The notes: generated by a model from the letters alone, not told the origin. A DNA stretch of 26,481 bases from a virus (IMGVR_UViG_3300030372_004122:1-26481), one strand, 5' to 3'. Counted from the first letter of the stretch, positions 9,370 through 17,053 are shown. A program made the numbers and translations.

Positions 9370-11518
9370 CGATGGTCTCCTTGTGTTCGATAATTGATTC
9401 GGCGAATTCTTCGCGCGGCTTATAGGTCGATGGCAGCGGCGTCCATGTCAGCGTTCCGTTGGGATGATCCAGAATGTTTTGCGCGTCGATGTTTCGATAT
9501 GTCTGCAGATGCCGTTCGGCGCATGTCCGGCCGTATGGGTCGTTCGGATCGACGTATGTATCATTCGGATCGCCGTCCGGATCGTAGGCTTCGGAATATA
9601 CCGAGCCGAGCGACTGCGCGTATCCGATCGTCGCCTGATTTTGAGATCTCGCCATCTCGGTTCGCGCTATTGTCTGCGCTTGGTTTTTGTAGGTCTCTGC
9701 TGCGATGCTCCGAATACCTCGGAACCCTTCATCCGGTATCCCGTCCGCTAATTCCTGAACTGATAAACCATTCTCCAAACCAAAGCTAACCGCCTTGGCG
9801 ATCGCCTTCCGGCTGGTGCTGACAATTTGATTGGCGCTGATGTTGGCTTCACCTAGCAGCGTTGGGACGATTGGTAGCTTTTCCGAGTAAATCAGGTTAC
9901 CGATGCCGGCTCCATCATTCAGTATGTTAAACGTCGCGCGAATCATTCCTGCGTGACTGCTCCTGAGTATTCCCGCGAGTTCGTTAAATGCTTGCTCCGG
10001 TACGAGGTCGCCATCGTCGAATGGGTATGTTTTCTGTTCACTGATCTGCTGCTGTAAGTAACGGCCGAGCACCCCATCGATTCTGTTTTTCATTCCCCTG
10101 TAAAATTTCTCAAGTTTGGGTACCAATTTTTCGGCGTGTTCAATTCTGGCCGCGACCAGATCTTGGTTCAGTAGCCGCGCCCGTGGTTGTCCAGGCAGCG
10201 GATCGTATGGACTATCAGGGTCGAGTTGAGACTCTAGCTTCTTGCGATCGCTAGCCTCGATCTGCAGCGTGTTGTTTACCGTGGGAAGGGTCGGCGACAC
10301 CTGAGAAGTGCTGGTTTCCAGCACGTTTAAGGGAAGCCGCCGCAAATCCCCGCCCTGATAGCCGTCTAAACTTAATGCTGCCCGCGCTTCATTTAATGAA
10401 ATCAGCCCCGCGTTCCATTGTGAAATGATGCGATCAGACAGCTTGGTTTGATCTTCAGTCATCGCCGCAACTGACTGAAAATCTGCATCGATGTATCCCG
10501 CGTTCGGGAATTCATACGATAAACAATTACTCAAGAACATCGTGATGCGTTCGCATAGTGGCGTCACGGTTTGCTGGAAGAATGAGTTCCGCGCCTCTTT
10601 ATAATTCGAATAGGTTGCTCGGTCTAACCCGACAACAGATCCAATGATGATCGGTGGGACGCCGAAGGCCATACAAATTCGCGCCTCGGTCGTGTCTCGT
10701 AAACTTGGGAACGATAGCTCTTCCGGTGTACTTGAGATTCGCTGGTAGTCGGCATCCTGATCCAGTATTCCTAAGTTGAACATGTTGCCGCCGCCGAAGG
10801 TCGAACGCCACCGGCGCCTGATGTCCTCGGCCTGATCTTCATTTGATATTCGGCGGTTCAATTTCAGAAGGCCGCCGACAACTCCCATGTTTTGAAATGC
10901 GCTCTTCCCAAATTGGATCTGTGCTTGGTCGAGATTGATAACAGATGCGATGCTCTGCAGTGGCGAATGTCCATACAGATCGGAAGTCATGGAAGGAAAT
11001 TTCATGTGCGAAATATCCGAGGCATCGACCTGATACTGTTTGCCCTCCAGTGTGTAGTTGTATTTCATAACACCCGAGCGCGGGTCACTCAGAATCGAAA
11101 TTCGATCCGGCCGAAGCAGTCGCATGCCGATCATGGTTCCACCCGGATTTCTTATTTTGTACAAATAGACATTGCCGGCGATGTATAGCTCGGTCACCAA
11201 CTGTTCCACAAATTCATCGAACGTCGTATCTTCATTTGGATGTACCAACAATGACGCGATCGGATTGTTCGGTGGTGCCAGCGCCGGTTCACTGCTCGTC
11301 GGGACTAACGCCCGATACTGTGGTTCGGTCGCCGCCGTTGCTAATGCTCGGATGCATGCGTAAACGATCGCATCGGTGTTGTAAGACTGGCGAGCATAAT
11401 TCTCAGCATCGATTTCTTGTGACTGCCAATGGTTGGCACCGAAGCCGACCGGCACCGATGAAGACACATCGTATCCTTCGGCTTTTGTTTCAGTCGTAAA
11501 AGGCCAATACCACGGCAT
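9356..11518 (-). CDS. Portal protein fused to a Mu gpF/SPP1 gp7-like head morphogenesis domain
   Basis: Portal motifs VYACIRALA, GNVYLY, LLRPDRI, YGHSPL, ICMAFGVPP, TYSN, LNEAR; C-terminal AQTIARTE...HPNGT. Start placed at ATG 11518 (MPWYW). Confidence 0.93.
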   Translation of the reverse strand: MPWYWPFTTETKAEGYDVSSSVPVGFGANHWQSQEIDAENYARQSYNTDAIVYACIRALATAATEPQYRALVPTSSEPALAPPNNPIASLLVHPNEDTTFDEFVEQLVTELYIAGNVYLYKIRNPGGTMIGMRLLRPDRISILSDPRSGVMKYNYTLEGKQYQVDASDISHMKFPSMTSDLYGHSPLQSIASVINLDQAQIQFGKSAFQNMGVVGGLLKLNRRISNEDQAEDIRRRWRSTFGGGNMFNLGILDQDADYQRISSTPEELSFPSLRDTTEARICMAFGVPPIIIGSVVGLDRATYSNYKEARNSFFQQTVTPLCERITMFLSNCLSYEFPNAGYIDADFQSVAAMTEDQTKLSDRIISQWNAGLISLNEARAALSLDGYQGGDLRRLPLNVLETSTSQVSPTLPTVNNTLQIEASDRKKLESQLDPDSPYDPLPGQPRARLLNQDLVAARIEHAEKLVPKLEKFYRGMKNRIDGVLGRYLQQQISEQKTYPFDDGDLVPEQAFNELAGILRSSHAGMIRATFNILNDGAGIGNLIYSEKLPIVPTLLGEANISANQIVSTSRKAIAKAVSFGLENGLSVQELADGIPDEGFRGIRSIAAETYKNQAQTIARTEMARSQNQATIGYAQSLGSVYSEAYDPDGDPNDTYVDPNDPYGRTCAERHLQTYRNIDAQNILDHPNGTLTWTPLPSTYKPREEFAESIIEHKETIDAGV

Positions 11519-11639
11519 GCGCACTTCCCGTTCGTGACGGTGATCGCGCACTAATTGCTAACGCTTGGCGACATGAAATCTGAATAGCTACGATGACCCT
11601 AGCATGTACCCTTTGAAGTGCGCCATAACACTGCTCAAA

Positions 11640-11752
11640 AGGTTAAATTAGATAGGTTTTTAGGCTCTTTTATTAACATCTCACGTCATTATTTATGTTC
11701 TCTTGCCGTTATTTATGGTAACTTATATATATAAGAGAGAGGAAACAAAAAC
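11640..11752 (+). promoter_or_regulatory. AT-rich putative promoter/leader of the plus-strand island
   Basis: Sharp AT rise; extended -10-like TGGTAACTT (11716-11724); TTATTTATG twice, 20 bp apart; AGAGAGG RBS. Confidence 0.5.
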
Positions 11753-12019
11753 ATGGAAACCGAAAAAGAGATGCTCCGAGAATTAGCCGACGCCAGATCA
11801 GAGATCGCCGAGCGACTGCGCGAGGTGTCCGACTCCTTGGAAGAAAACTACAACCAAGGAAATCTGATCAAAGAAAAGATGGAATTGTATAACTTGGAAA
11901 GTTCACTCGATAACGAGATGCACCGCCTAACCCTCGATCCAAAATCGAGAGCACACTGGGACAAGATACGACGGCAGCCCGAGGACGTCGCAGTATTCTT
12001 TAGCGTTTTGAATTCTTAA
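11753..12019 (+). CDS. Hypothetical acidic coiled-coil protein
   Basis: 88 aa, AGAGAGG RBS. Confidence 0.8.
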   Translation: METEKEMLRELADARSEIAERLREVSDSLEENYNQGNLIKEKMELYNLESSLDNEMHRLTLDPKSRAHWDKIRRQPEDVAVFFSVLNS

Positions 12020-12040
12020 AGAAAAAGAGAGGAAACAAAA

Positions 12041-12319
12041 ATGACACCCGAAACTTACGACAGACTGCATGCGGCGCTCTCTTACAAAGAGGACATCGAC
12101 GGCATCGGGATAAAGGGAGATATCGACGGGGAAGCATGGCATGAGCTTATGACTCAGATCCTGCACTACATTCCCGACCGAACATTCAAGAATGCCATCC
12201 GCGAATTGGTGAGCGACTACCCAAGCTATGACCTATTTAGAGACGTCGGCGAGGGTCTCGGCATGAAGCTGGCACCGGCGCCGACACAACTTCTGGATGA
12301 GTACCCCGACCTACTCTAG
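12041..12319 (+). CDS. Hypothetical acidic protein
   Basis: 92 aa, same 16-nt leader as the previous gene. Confidence 0.8.
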   Translation: MTPETYDRLHAALSYKEDIDGIGIKGDIDGEAWHELMTQILHYIPDRTFKNAIRELVSDYPSYDLFRDVGEGLGMKLAPAPTQLLDEYPDLL

Positions 12320-12383
12320 CGCCGGATGGATCCCGCCGACCTGGATCTCGATCCATAAAAATTTGAAACCACCGGAGAAAACA

Positions 12384-12566
12384 ATGAACGATACCCAAAA
12401 GCAACAAACACCCGAGGATCACGCGAACCGACACTACACCGAAGTGATACGCAACGCCCTCCGGTCCTATGTGTACCTCAAGAAAAGCCAGACATTAGAA
12501 TGCGAAGAAATAGAGGACGCATTTTTCAAACTGACGGGTTACCATATCGACCCCAGAGAGGATTAA
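12384..12566 (+). CDS. Hypothetical protein (60 aa)
   Basis: Start moved to ATG 12384 behind GGAG; MNDTQKQQ... Confidence 0.7.
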   Translation: MNDTQKQQTPEDHANRHYTEVIRNALRSYVYLKKSQTLECEEIEDAFFKLTGYHIDPRED

Positions 12567-12571
12567 CCCAA

Positions 12572-12751
12572 ATGGCCAGAATTACAAAAAACGCCATCTG
12601 CGATGAACTGAACGGAACCCTGATCCACTGTCCGGACTGTAAGACCCAAAAGCGGATGTTCCATTTCGATTGGACCGCAATTATCTGTTACGAATGCGAC
12701 AAGGCCGAAGGCGGTAGAGAAATTCCTCGCGGCCTTTGGGTCTTGTCATGA
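12572..12751 (+). CDS. Small zinc-ribbon protein (59 aa)
   Basis: ATG 12572 behind AGAGAGG; CPDC...CYEC. Confidence 0.75.
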   Translation: MARITKNAICDELNGTLIHCPDCKTQKRMFHFDWTAIICYECDKAEGGREIPRGLWVLS

Positions 12752-13128
12752 TCCCAATAGACGATGACGGCCTGACCATCCAAGAGTCCGAGCCACTCTA
12801 TCTTCTCAAATGGCACGACACCCAAGCCTTCGAAATCCATACCGAACAATCTATCCGAACCAAATACAAAGACACCGCCCTGTTCCATCGAGCCGCCCTG
12901 ACCGAACACCGGATGGAATGGCATAACAACACCCCATCCTACAGCCGGACCGATCCGTGGTACGACCTCGACGAAGTATTCCAACACCTGACAAAATGGG
13001 ACCATTACGAATTCCCGTCAGAGAAACCAGAGAACCGCAAAACACTCGCCGATACATGGGCCGGAATGTCCTGCGCTCGGTCAGATGTCACAATCACCCG
13101 ATTGTCCGGATATGTCGACACCCGGTAG
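12748..13128 (+). CDS. Hypothetical protein (126 aa)
   Basis: ATGA overlap with the previous stop. Confidence 0.72.
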   Translation: MIPIDDDGLTIQESEPLYLLKWHDTQAFEIHTEQSIRTKYKDTALFHRAALTEHRMEWHNNTPSYSRTDPWYDLDEVFQHLTKWDHYEFPSEKPENRKTLADTWAGMSCARSDVTITRLSGYVDTR

Positions 13129-13308
13129 CCCAACCCCGAAAATCTCGCGAGGCCGTAATTTCTGGCTCGATACTTGACCAGTTGAATTACTGACATTTAT
13201 TTTTTTTCGTGATTATTTATGAGCGCGGCCTCGGCATTTTGGCGCATTTTCTCTAGTGCATCGGTTAGTGCCGGCGCACTCGGCTGGTGCATATCGCTTA
13301 TTTCCGGC

Positions 13309-13524
13309 TATTTCGGCTTGTGCGGCGGTTTACACTGTGGTGTAAATACGTCCACATCGCGTTATTTCCGGTTGTGCCGACGATTACACCTTAGTGTAAA
13401 TAGGTCCACATCGCCGTATTTGGCCTTGTGCGCCGATTTACAGTTTAGTGTAAACGGCCGCACATTCGATTATTTGGCTTTGTGCCGGCTTTTACAGTTT
13501 TCTGTAAAGGGTCGCACATCGCCT
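13309..13524. repeat. Tandem array of four 54-bp units, each with a 38-bp dyad
   Basis: Units start at 13309, 13363, 13417 and 13471; each is TATTT-N5-TGTG-N6-WTTACAS-N4-STGTAAA-N6-CACA-N6; degenerate partial units on both flanks. Confidence 0.95.
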
Positions 13525-13551
13525 AAATTAACGATTGTGGACGTTTTGCAG

Positions 13552-13581
13552 AGAAGCACATGACAGTTTGCATGACAGTTT
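13552..13581 (-). repeat. Ectopic copy of the attP arm-type tandem repeat
   Basis: Minus strand AAACTGTCATGC-AAACTGTCATGT-GCTTCT; 26/30 identical to 25443-25472. Confidence 0.85.
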
Positions 13582-13632
13582 CTCCGGATTCCCAACAATA
13601 CCAACGAATCGAGCGCCAGATTCAAGGCTTGA

Positions 13633-13746
13633 CTAGCCTACCGCGCTTATTTCCTTACATCTTGAGCACTTGATCACCGTACCGGAGCCGGCCTTCTCGG
13701 CCAGTAGCTTGTTGCATCTCTGGCATCGCCAGCGCTCAATTATCAC
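13633..13746 (-). CDS. Mu Com-like zinc-finger protein (37 aa)
   Basis: Hand translation from GTG 13746: MIIERWRCQRCNKLLAEKAGSGTVIKCSRCKEISAVG; RCxxCNKLL...IKCxRC is the Com-family pattern; overlaps the terS stop; below the ORF-track cut-off. Confidence 0.8.
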   Translation of the reverse strand: MIIERWRCQRCNKLLAEKAGSGTVIKCSRCKEISAVG

Positions 13747-14149
13747 GCTCGCCGCCTAGGTCTACAACGAAGGTCATATCGCCGCTTGTCGCCACTTCTG
13801 AGCGCTCCGGAATGTTCCACTCTGAAGGATTCCGGCGCCTGAGCATCTCAAGAGCCACCCGACCGTCCTTGTTGTCGCGGATGATCGAAGTTAGTTGGGT
13901 CGTAATTTCAGTTTCCCATCGGGCGCTCGCTTCATTTAGCGACTGCAGAAATTGATTATAAATTCCCGATTTGTCTTCTTTACCACGGGCAAGCCAGTCA
14001 TAGAAGGCTCGCTCAGAAATTCCGCAAGCGAGGGCTGAAGCTCTGTATGTGGCTCCTTTTTCGACCAGAGTGCAGATCTTCTTTATGATTTTCCGCGTTA
14101 ATTTGGTCCTACGTCCTCTATGTTCGGTTTTCTTCTCGGTATCTGTCAT
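13736..14149 (-). CDS. terS: Terminase small subunit-like HTH protein
   Basis: GRRTKLT..IIKKIC, ACGISERAFYDW HTH, LRRRNPSEW, C-terminal beta strand; adjacent to terL. Confidence 0.8.
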   Translation of the reverse strand: MTDTEKKTEHRGRRTKLTRKIIKKICTLVEKGATYRASALACGISERAFYDWLARGKEDKSGIYNQFLQSLNEASARWETEITTQLTSIIRDNKDGRVALEMLRRRNPSEWNIPERSEVATSGDMTFVVDLGGERDN

Positions 14150-14221
14150 GGGTTAACCGTAGGCGGTGGAGATAAAAAGGTCCGTAACAACCTACGGGTT
14201 ATGGATACCTCTCTAAACGTT

Positions 14222-15415
14222 TCAGAGCCAAATGCCGCGACCTGGTCTATTTTGGAACTGATAATTCGCGAGCGCTAGGCCTATCACCGCATCGTCATGT
14301 GCTGACCCGCTGGCTGCGTACTTAACACCAGATGCCGAGTATTGGAATTCGAAGTCCATAAGTTCGGATACGATAACGCCGGATGGGTAGCCAATCTCTC
14401 CCTGCTGTATAGCTACCACCAAGCCCTCCATGAGCGTTTGCTTGGAATTTTGCGAGAAGTGGTAGCGTTCAACTCCGCTGCATTTCCGGCTCAATCTGTC
14501 GAACATCACATCGCCGATCCCTGTTACATCCACTGCGGTTGGTAAGTGTCCGATAGCGTCGGCGATGCGTCGCTCGGTTAATTCCCAATCATGCTGGAAC
14601 CGATCGAAATAGCAGACCACTCCGCGGCTATCCAAACCAACAACCACGGTCCAATCAATCGACCGCGCAAGGTCTACACCGAATACCGCTGGCGGCTCCG
14701 TTGATATCTCCCGAACACATGCAGCGATGTTGTCATGCCCGAATGGGTTGCCCGAATCGTCCGATGGTTCGGCCATGTATAGCTCTTGGAATACGGCCTC
14801 TGGTAACATCCGGCGGGCCGATTCTATTTCCTCGGCTGGAAGTATTCCGCCTTCTACAGCGTCATAAGCGTTGAGCCTTGAGTAATGCCACTCTGGTTCT
14901 CCGTTCTCAGCCTTCCTCGCTAGCTCATAAAACCAATTGCGCCGGCCCTTCACGTTCCCGATCAACACCGATCGCCCGCTTGTAGCCGTAAGCATCGAGC
15001 GCGTGGCCGTCCATGCCTCCGGATGCATGCGCGAACACTCATCCATAACCGCCCCGTAAGAGTCATCACCGAACAATGTGTCGGGCCTGTCGCCTGATAG
15101 GAACCGAAGGATGGCTCCATTGATTAGCGTTATCGTTAGTTCGGTTGCATTGGTCCGGCGTACCATTCCTTTTGGTAAGGCCCGATCGGAACGCTGGAAA
15201 GCGATCTTACTCTGGCCATAGGTCGGCGCTATCCAATGGAACGATTTGCCCTCGCCGCCCTTTTCCCATGCTTCGATGATAAGAAACTGAATGGCGCCCA
15301 TCGTCTTTCCGGACTTCGTGGATGCCTCACATATAGCAAAGCGTTTATCGGTAAAGATCGCCGCCTTCTGTTTGGCGTATAGCTCTTTGGCAAATTTGAC
15401 CTTAGCTTCCGGCAT
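14222..15415 (-). CDS. terL: Terminase large subunit
   Basis: Walker A STKSGKT, IAPTYGQS, Walker B VMDE, FQELYMAE, nuclease GVDLA and HDDAVIGLALA. Confidence 0.96.
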   Translation of the reverse strand: MPEAKVKFAKELYAKQKAAIFTDKRFAICEASTKSGKTMGAIQFLIIEAWEKGGEGKSFHWIAPTYGQSKIAFQRSDRALPKGMVRRTNATELTITLINGAILRFLSGDRPDTLFGDDSYGAVMDECSRMHPEAWTATRSMLTATSGRSVLIGNVKGRRNWFYELARKAENGEPEWHYSRLNAYDAVEGGILPAEEIESARRMLPEAVFQELYMAEPSDDSGNPFGHDNIAACVREISTEPPAVFGVDLARSIDWTVVVGLDSRGVVCYFDRFQHDWELTERRIADAIGHLPTAVDVTGIGDVMFDRLSRKCSGVERYHFSQNSKQTLMEGLVVAIQQGEIGYPSGVIVSELMDFEFQYSASGVKYAASGSAHDDAVIGLALANYQFQNRPGRGIWL

Positions 15416-15575
15416 TGGTTGCTACCCTCCCCTCATCTTCGAAGCCGTGATTGAATCCCGCCCACATCTCCAGTTCGCATTCACAGTCATAGAAGTGTTT
15501 GCCGTGAAAATCGCAGATGTAGTCTTCGCATAAGTCGCAGATACTCAAATCGTCGTGATCAATCAACCGAACCAT
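15402..15575 (-). CDS. Small Cys/His-rich protein (57 aa)
   Basis: Hand translation MVRLIDHDDLSICDLCEDYICDFHGKHFYDCECELE...; GGAG RBS; fills the gap and overlaps both neighbours; not in the ORF track. Confidence 0.7.
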   Translation of the reverse strand: MVRLIDHDDLSICDLCEDYICDFHGKHFYDCECELEMWAGFNHGFEDEGRVATNAGS

Positions 15576-15894
15576 CGGCGGCTCCGTTCAGATCGATTTC
15601 CTTAATCAAAAACGCGCGGGCCTTCCCGCCATTGTTCGTCCATACCTTCACAACACCACCCGGCATCTTGTTGGATTCATCGGACGCGAGTTTCAGCTGC
15701 CCTGTGGCCTTATCTAGCCATGCGGGCGTTGGGGCTTTGGTCGATTTGATTTCGTAGACGTGAGACGCATTCTCAACGTCGGTATGTGGTCGGGATTTGT
15801 CGAGATTCCGGTGCCCGCCTAACACCTCAGCGATGCGACGCTCCCAACGCTTCCCGCGTAGTCGGTTGTTTCTGTTCGTCCGGTGCTGAGTCAT
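15559..15894 (-). CDS. PD-(D/E)xK Holliday-junction-resolvase-like nuclease
   Basis: GKRWERRIA...TDVE...YEIKS. Confidence 0.75.
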   Translation of the reverse strand: MTQHRTNRNNRLRGKRWERRIAEVLGGHRNLDKSRPHTDVENASHVYEIKSTKAPTPAWLDKATGQLKLASDESNKMPGGVVKVWTNNGGKARAFLIKEIDLNGAADGSVD

Positions 15895-16232
15895 GAGCGT
15901 TTTTTGTACCCGTTTTCCTTCGCAAATGTTGGATTAAAGGTGATGAAGTGATGACAAGCGCGGCAAAGACTGAGCCATTGTGTCGACAACATAGCATCGA
16001 GTTCTTCGACTGGCCGTGGTTCTGTGAAATCAAACTCTGGGACAATTTTACCGCCCGCCGATCTCGGTATGATTTCGTGCACGTCCGAACTCGCACCGGT
16101 ACAGACAGCTAGGTTCGCTTGGCATCTCCGAAACCGTTTGAGCATGAACGATACGAAATCACGGCGGCCGAGCTTTTGCTGGTATAGACGTTGAGTCTTC
16201 TTACTTCGTGGCCGCAATCTGGACCGCTTCAT
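15891..16232 (-). CDS. HNH-like endonuclease
   Basis: CQANLAVC, DVHEIIPRSAGG, LCRACHHFI. Confidence 0.78.
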   Translation of the reverse strand: MKRSRLRPRSKKTQRLYQQKLGRRDFVSFMLKRFRRCQANLAVCTGASSDVHEIIPRSAGGKIVPEFDFTEPRPVEELDAMLSTQWLSLCRACHHFITFNPTFAKENGYKKRS

Positions 16233-17053
16233 AGCGCTAACCCTTTGGTCGTTCGCACCCTGTTTTCGATCAGCTGTCGGTAGTTTGGGTTCAGTTCACA
16301 CAGGATCGCTTTTCTCCCAAGCTCGATCGCCACTTTCCCAACTGTCCCGCTACCCGCAAATGGATCGATCACTGTGTCACCCGGCATCGTGGATGCCAGA
16401 ATGCACAGCCGTGGCAATTTGTCCGGAAAAACCGCAAAGTGCCCTTCTTGATAATTGGCCGGATTCATTGTCCATACCGTCCGGCGGTTCCTCATCCCTT
16501 CGGCCGATGGCTCTTGGATGGCTTCTCCGTCGTACTGATAATGCAAGCTCTTAGAAAATAAAAAAATGTACTCATGCGCCTTGGTCGGTCGGTCCTTCAC
16601 GCTCTCCGGCATCACCGCTGTTTTTTGCCAGATCACATCGGAACGTAGATACCAGCCGGAATCACGCAGCGCAAAAGCTAACTTCCACGGAATACCGATC
16701 AAATCTTTCGGTTTTACATCGTCCATAACTGGCGGCCGGACAGTATTAACTTGTTCGGTGCGCAGTGAGTCGTTTTTCTGTGTAACGCGCGAACCGCTGG
16801 AATATGAGTCACCGATATTTAGCCAAAATGTCCCATCGTCCTTCAGCACTCGCCAGATCTCATCAGTGACCGCGATTAGGTTTTGTACGTATTCATCCAG
16901 CGTTGATTCCAGCCCTATTTGGTCGGAATGGCCATAATCGCGCAAGCCGAAATAGGGCGGTGAAGTTATACACGTCTGAACACTCGCATCCGGTAGATCT
17001 TTCAGAGTGTCGCGACAATCGCCGATCAATATGTCGCATAATTCGTTCGTCAA
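16229..17053 (-). CDS. DNA methyltransferase, beta class, probably N4-cytosine
   Basis: TSPPY catalytic motif precedes DPFAGSGT SAM motif; HFAVFP. Confidence 0.93.
   Translation of the reverse strand: MTNELCDILIGDCRDTLKDLPDASVQTCITSPPYFGLRDYGHSDQIGLESTLDEYVQNLIAVTDEIWRVLKDDGTFWLNIGDSYSSGSRVTQKNDSLRTEQVNTVRPPVMDDVKPKDLIGIPWKLAFALRDSGWYLRSDVIWQKTAVMPESVKDRPTKAHEYIFLFSKSLHYQYDGEAIQEPSAEGMRNRRTVWTMNPANYQEGHFAVFPDKLPRLCILASTMPGDTVIDPFAGSGTVGKVAIELGRKAILCELNPNYRQLIENRVRTTKGLAL

Noticed and set aside
596-11499. Plus-strand ORFs antisense to structural genes (e.g. 1899-2498, 2667-3167, 4101-4514)
   Set aside because: Shadow ORFs fully overlapping well-supported minus-strand genes, with no motifs
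13170-13208. Intrinsic terminator after the island
   Set aside because: A T-run is present but the stem (CAGT/ACTG) is only 4 bp and separated from it; too weak to call
13309-13524. CRISPR array or canonical TIGR array
   Set aside because: No unique spacers of about 30 nt and no cas genes. The unit is 54 nt with 6-nt variable blocks rather than 36 nt with 9-nt spacers, and I see no box C/D motifs or Nop-domain protein.
13219-13563. 114-aa ORF with 18-aa repeats over the array
   Set aside because: No RBS; conserved codons are identical at third positions and coincide with the DNA dyad, which points to nucleotide-level constraint. Not fully excluded because 54 is a multiple of 3.
14144-14154. 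TGTCATGGGTT at the terS start resembling an arm half-site
   Set aside because: Single copy, partly forced by the ATG, lacks the AAA prefix; compatible with chance
14180-14189. GTCCGTAACA identical to 18701-18710 in the putative origin
   Set aside because: An isolated 10-mer match is expected by chance in 26 kb
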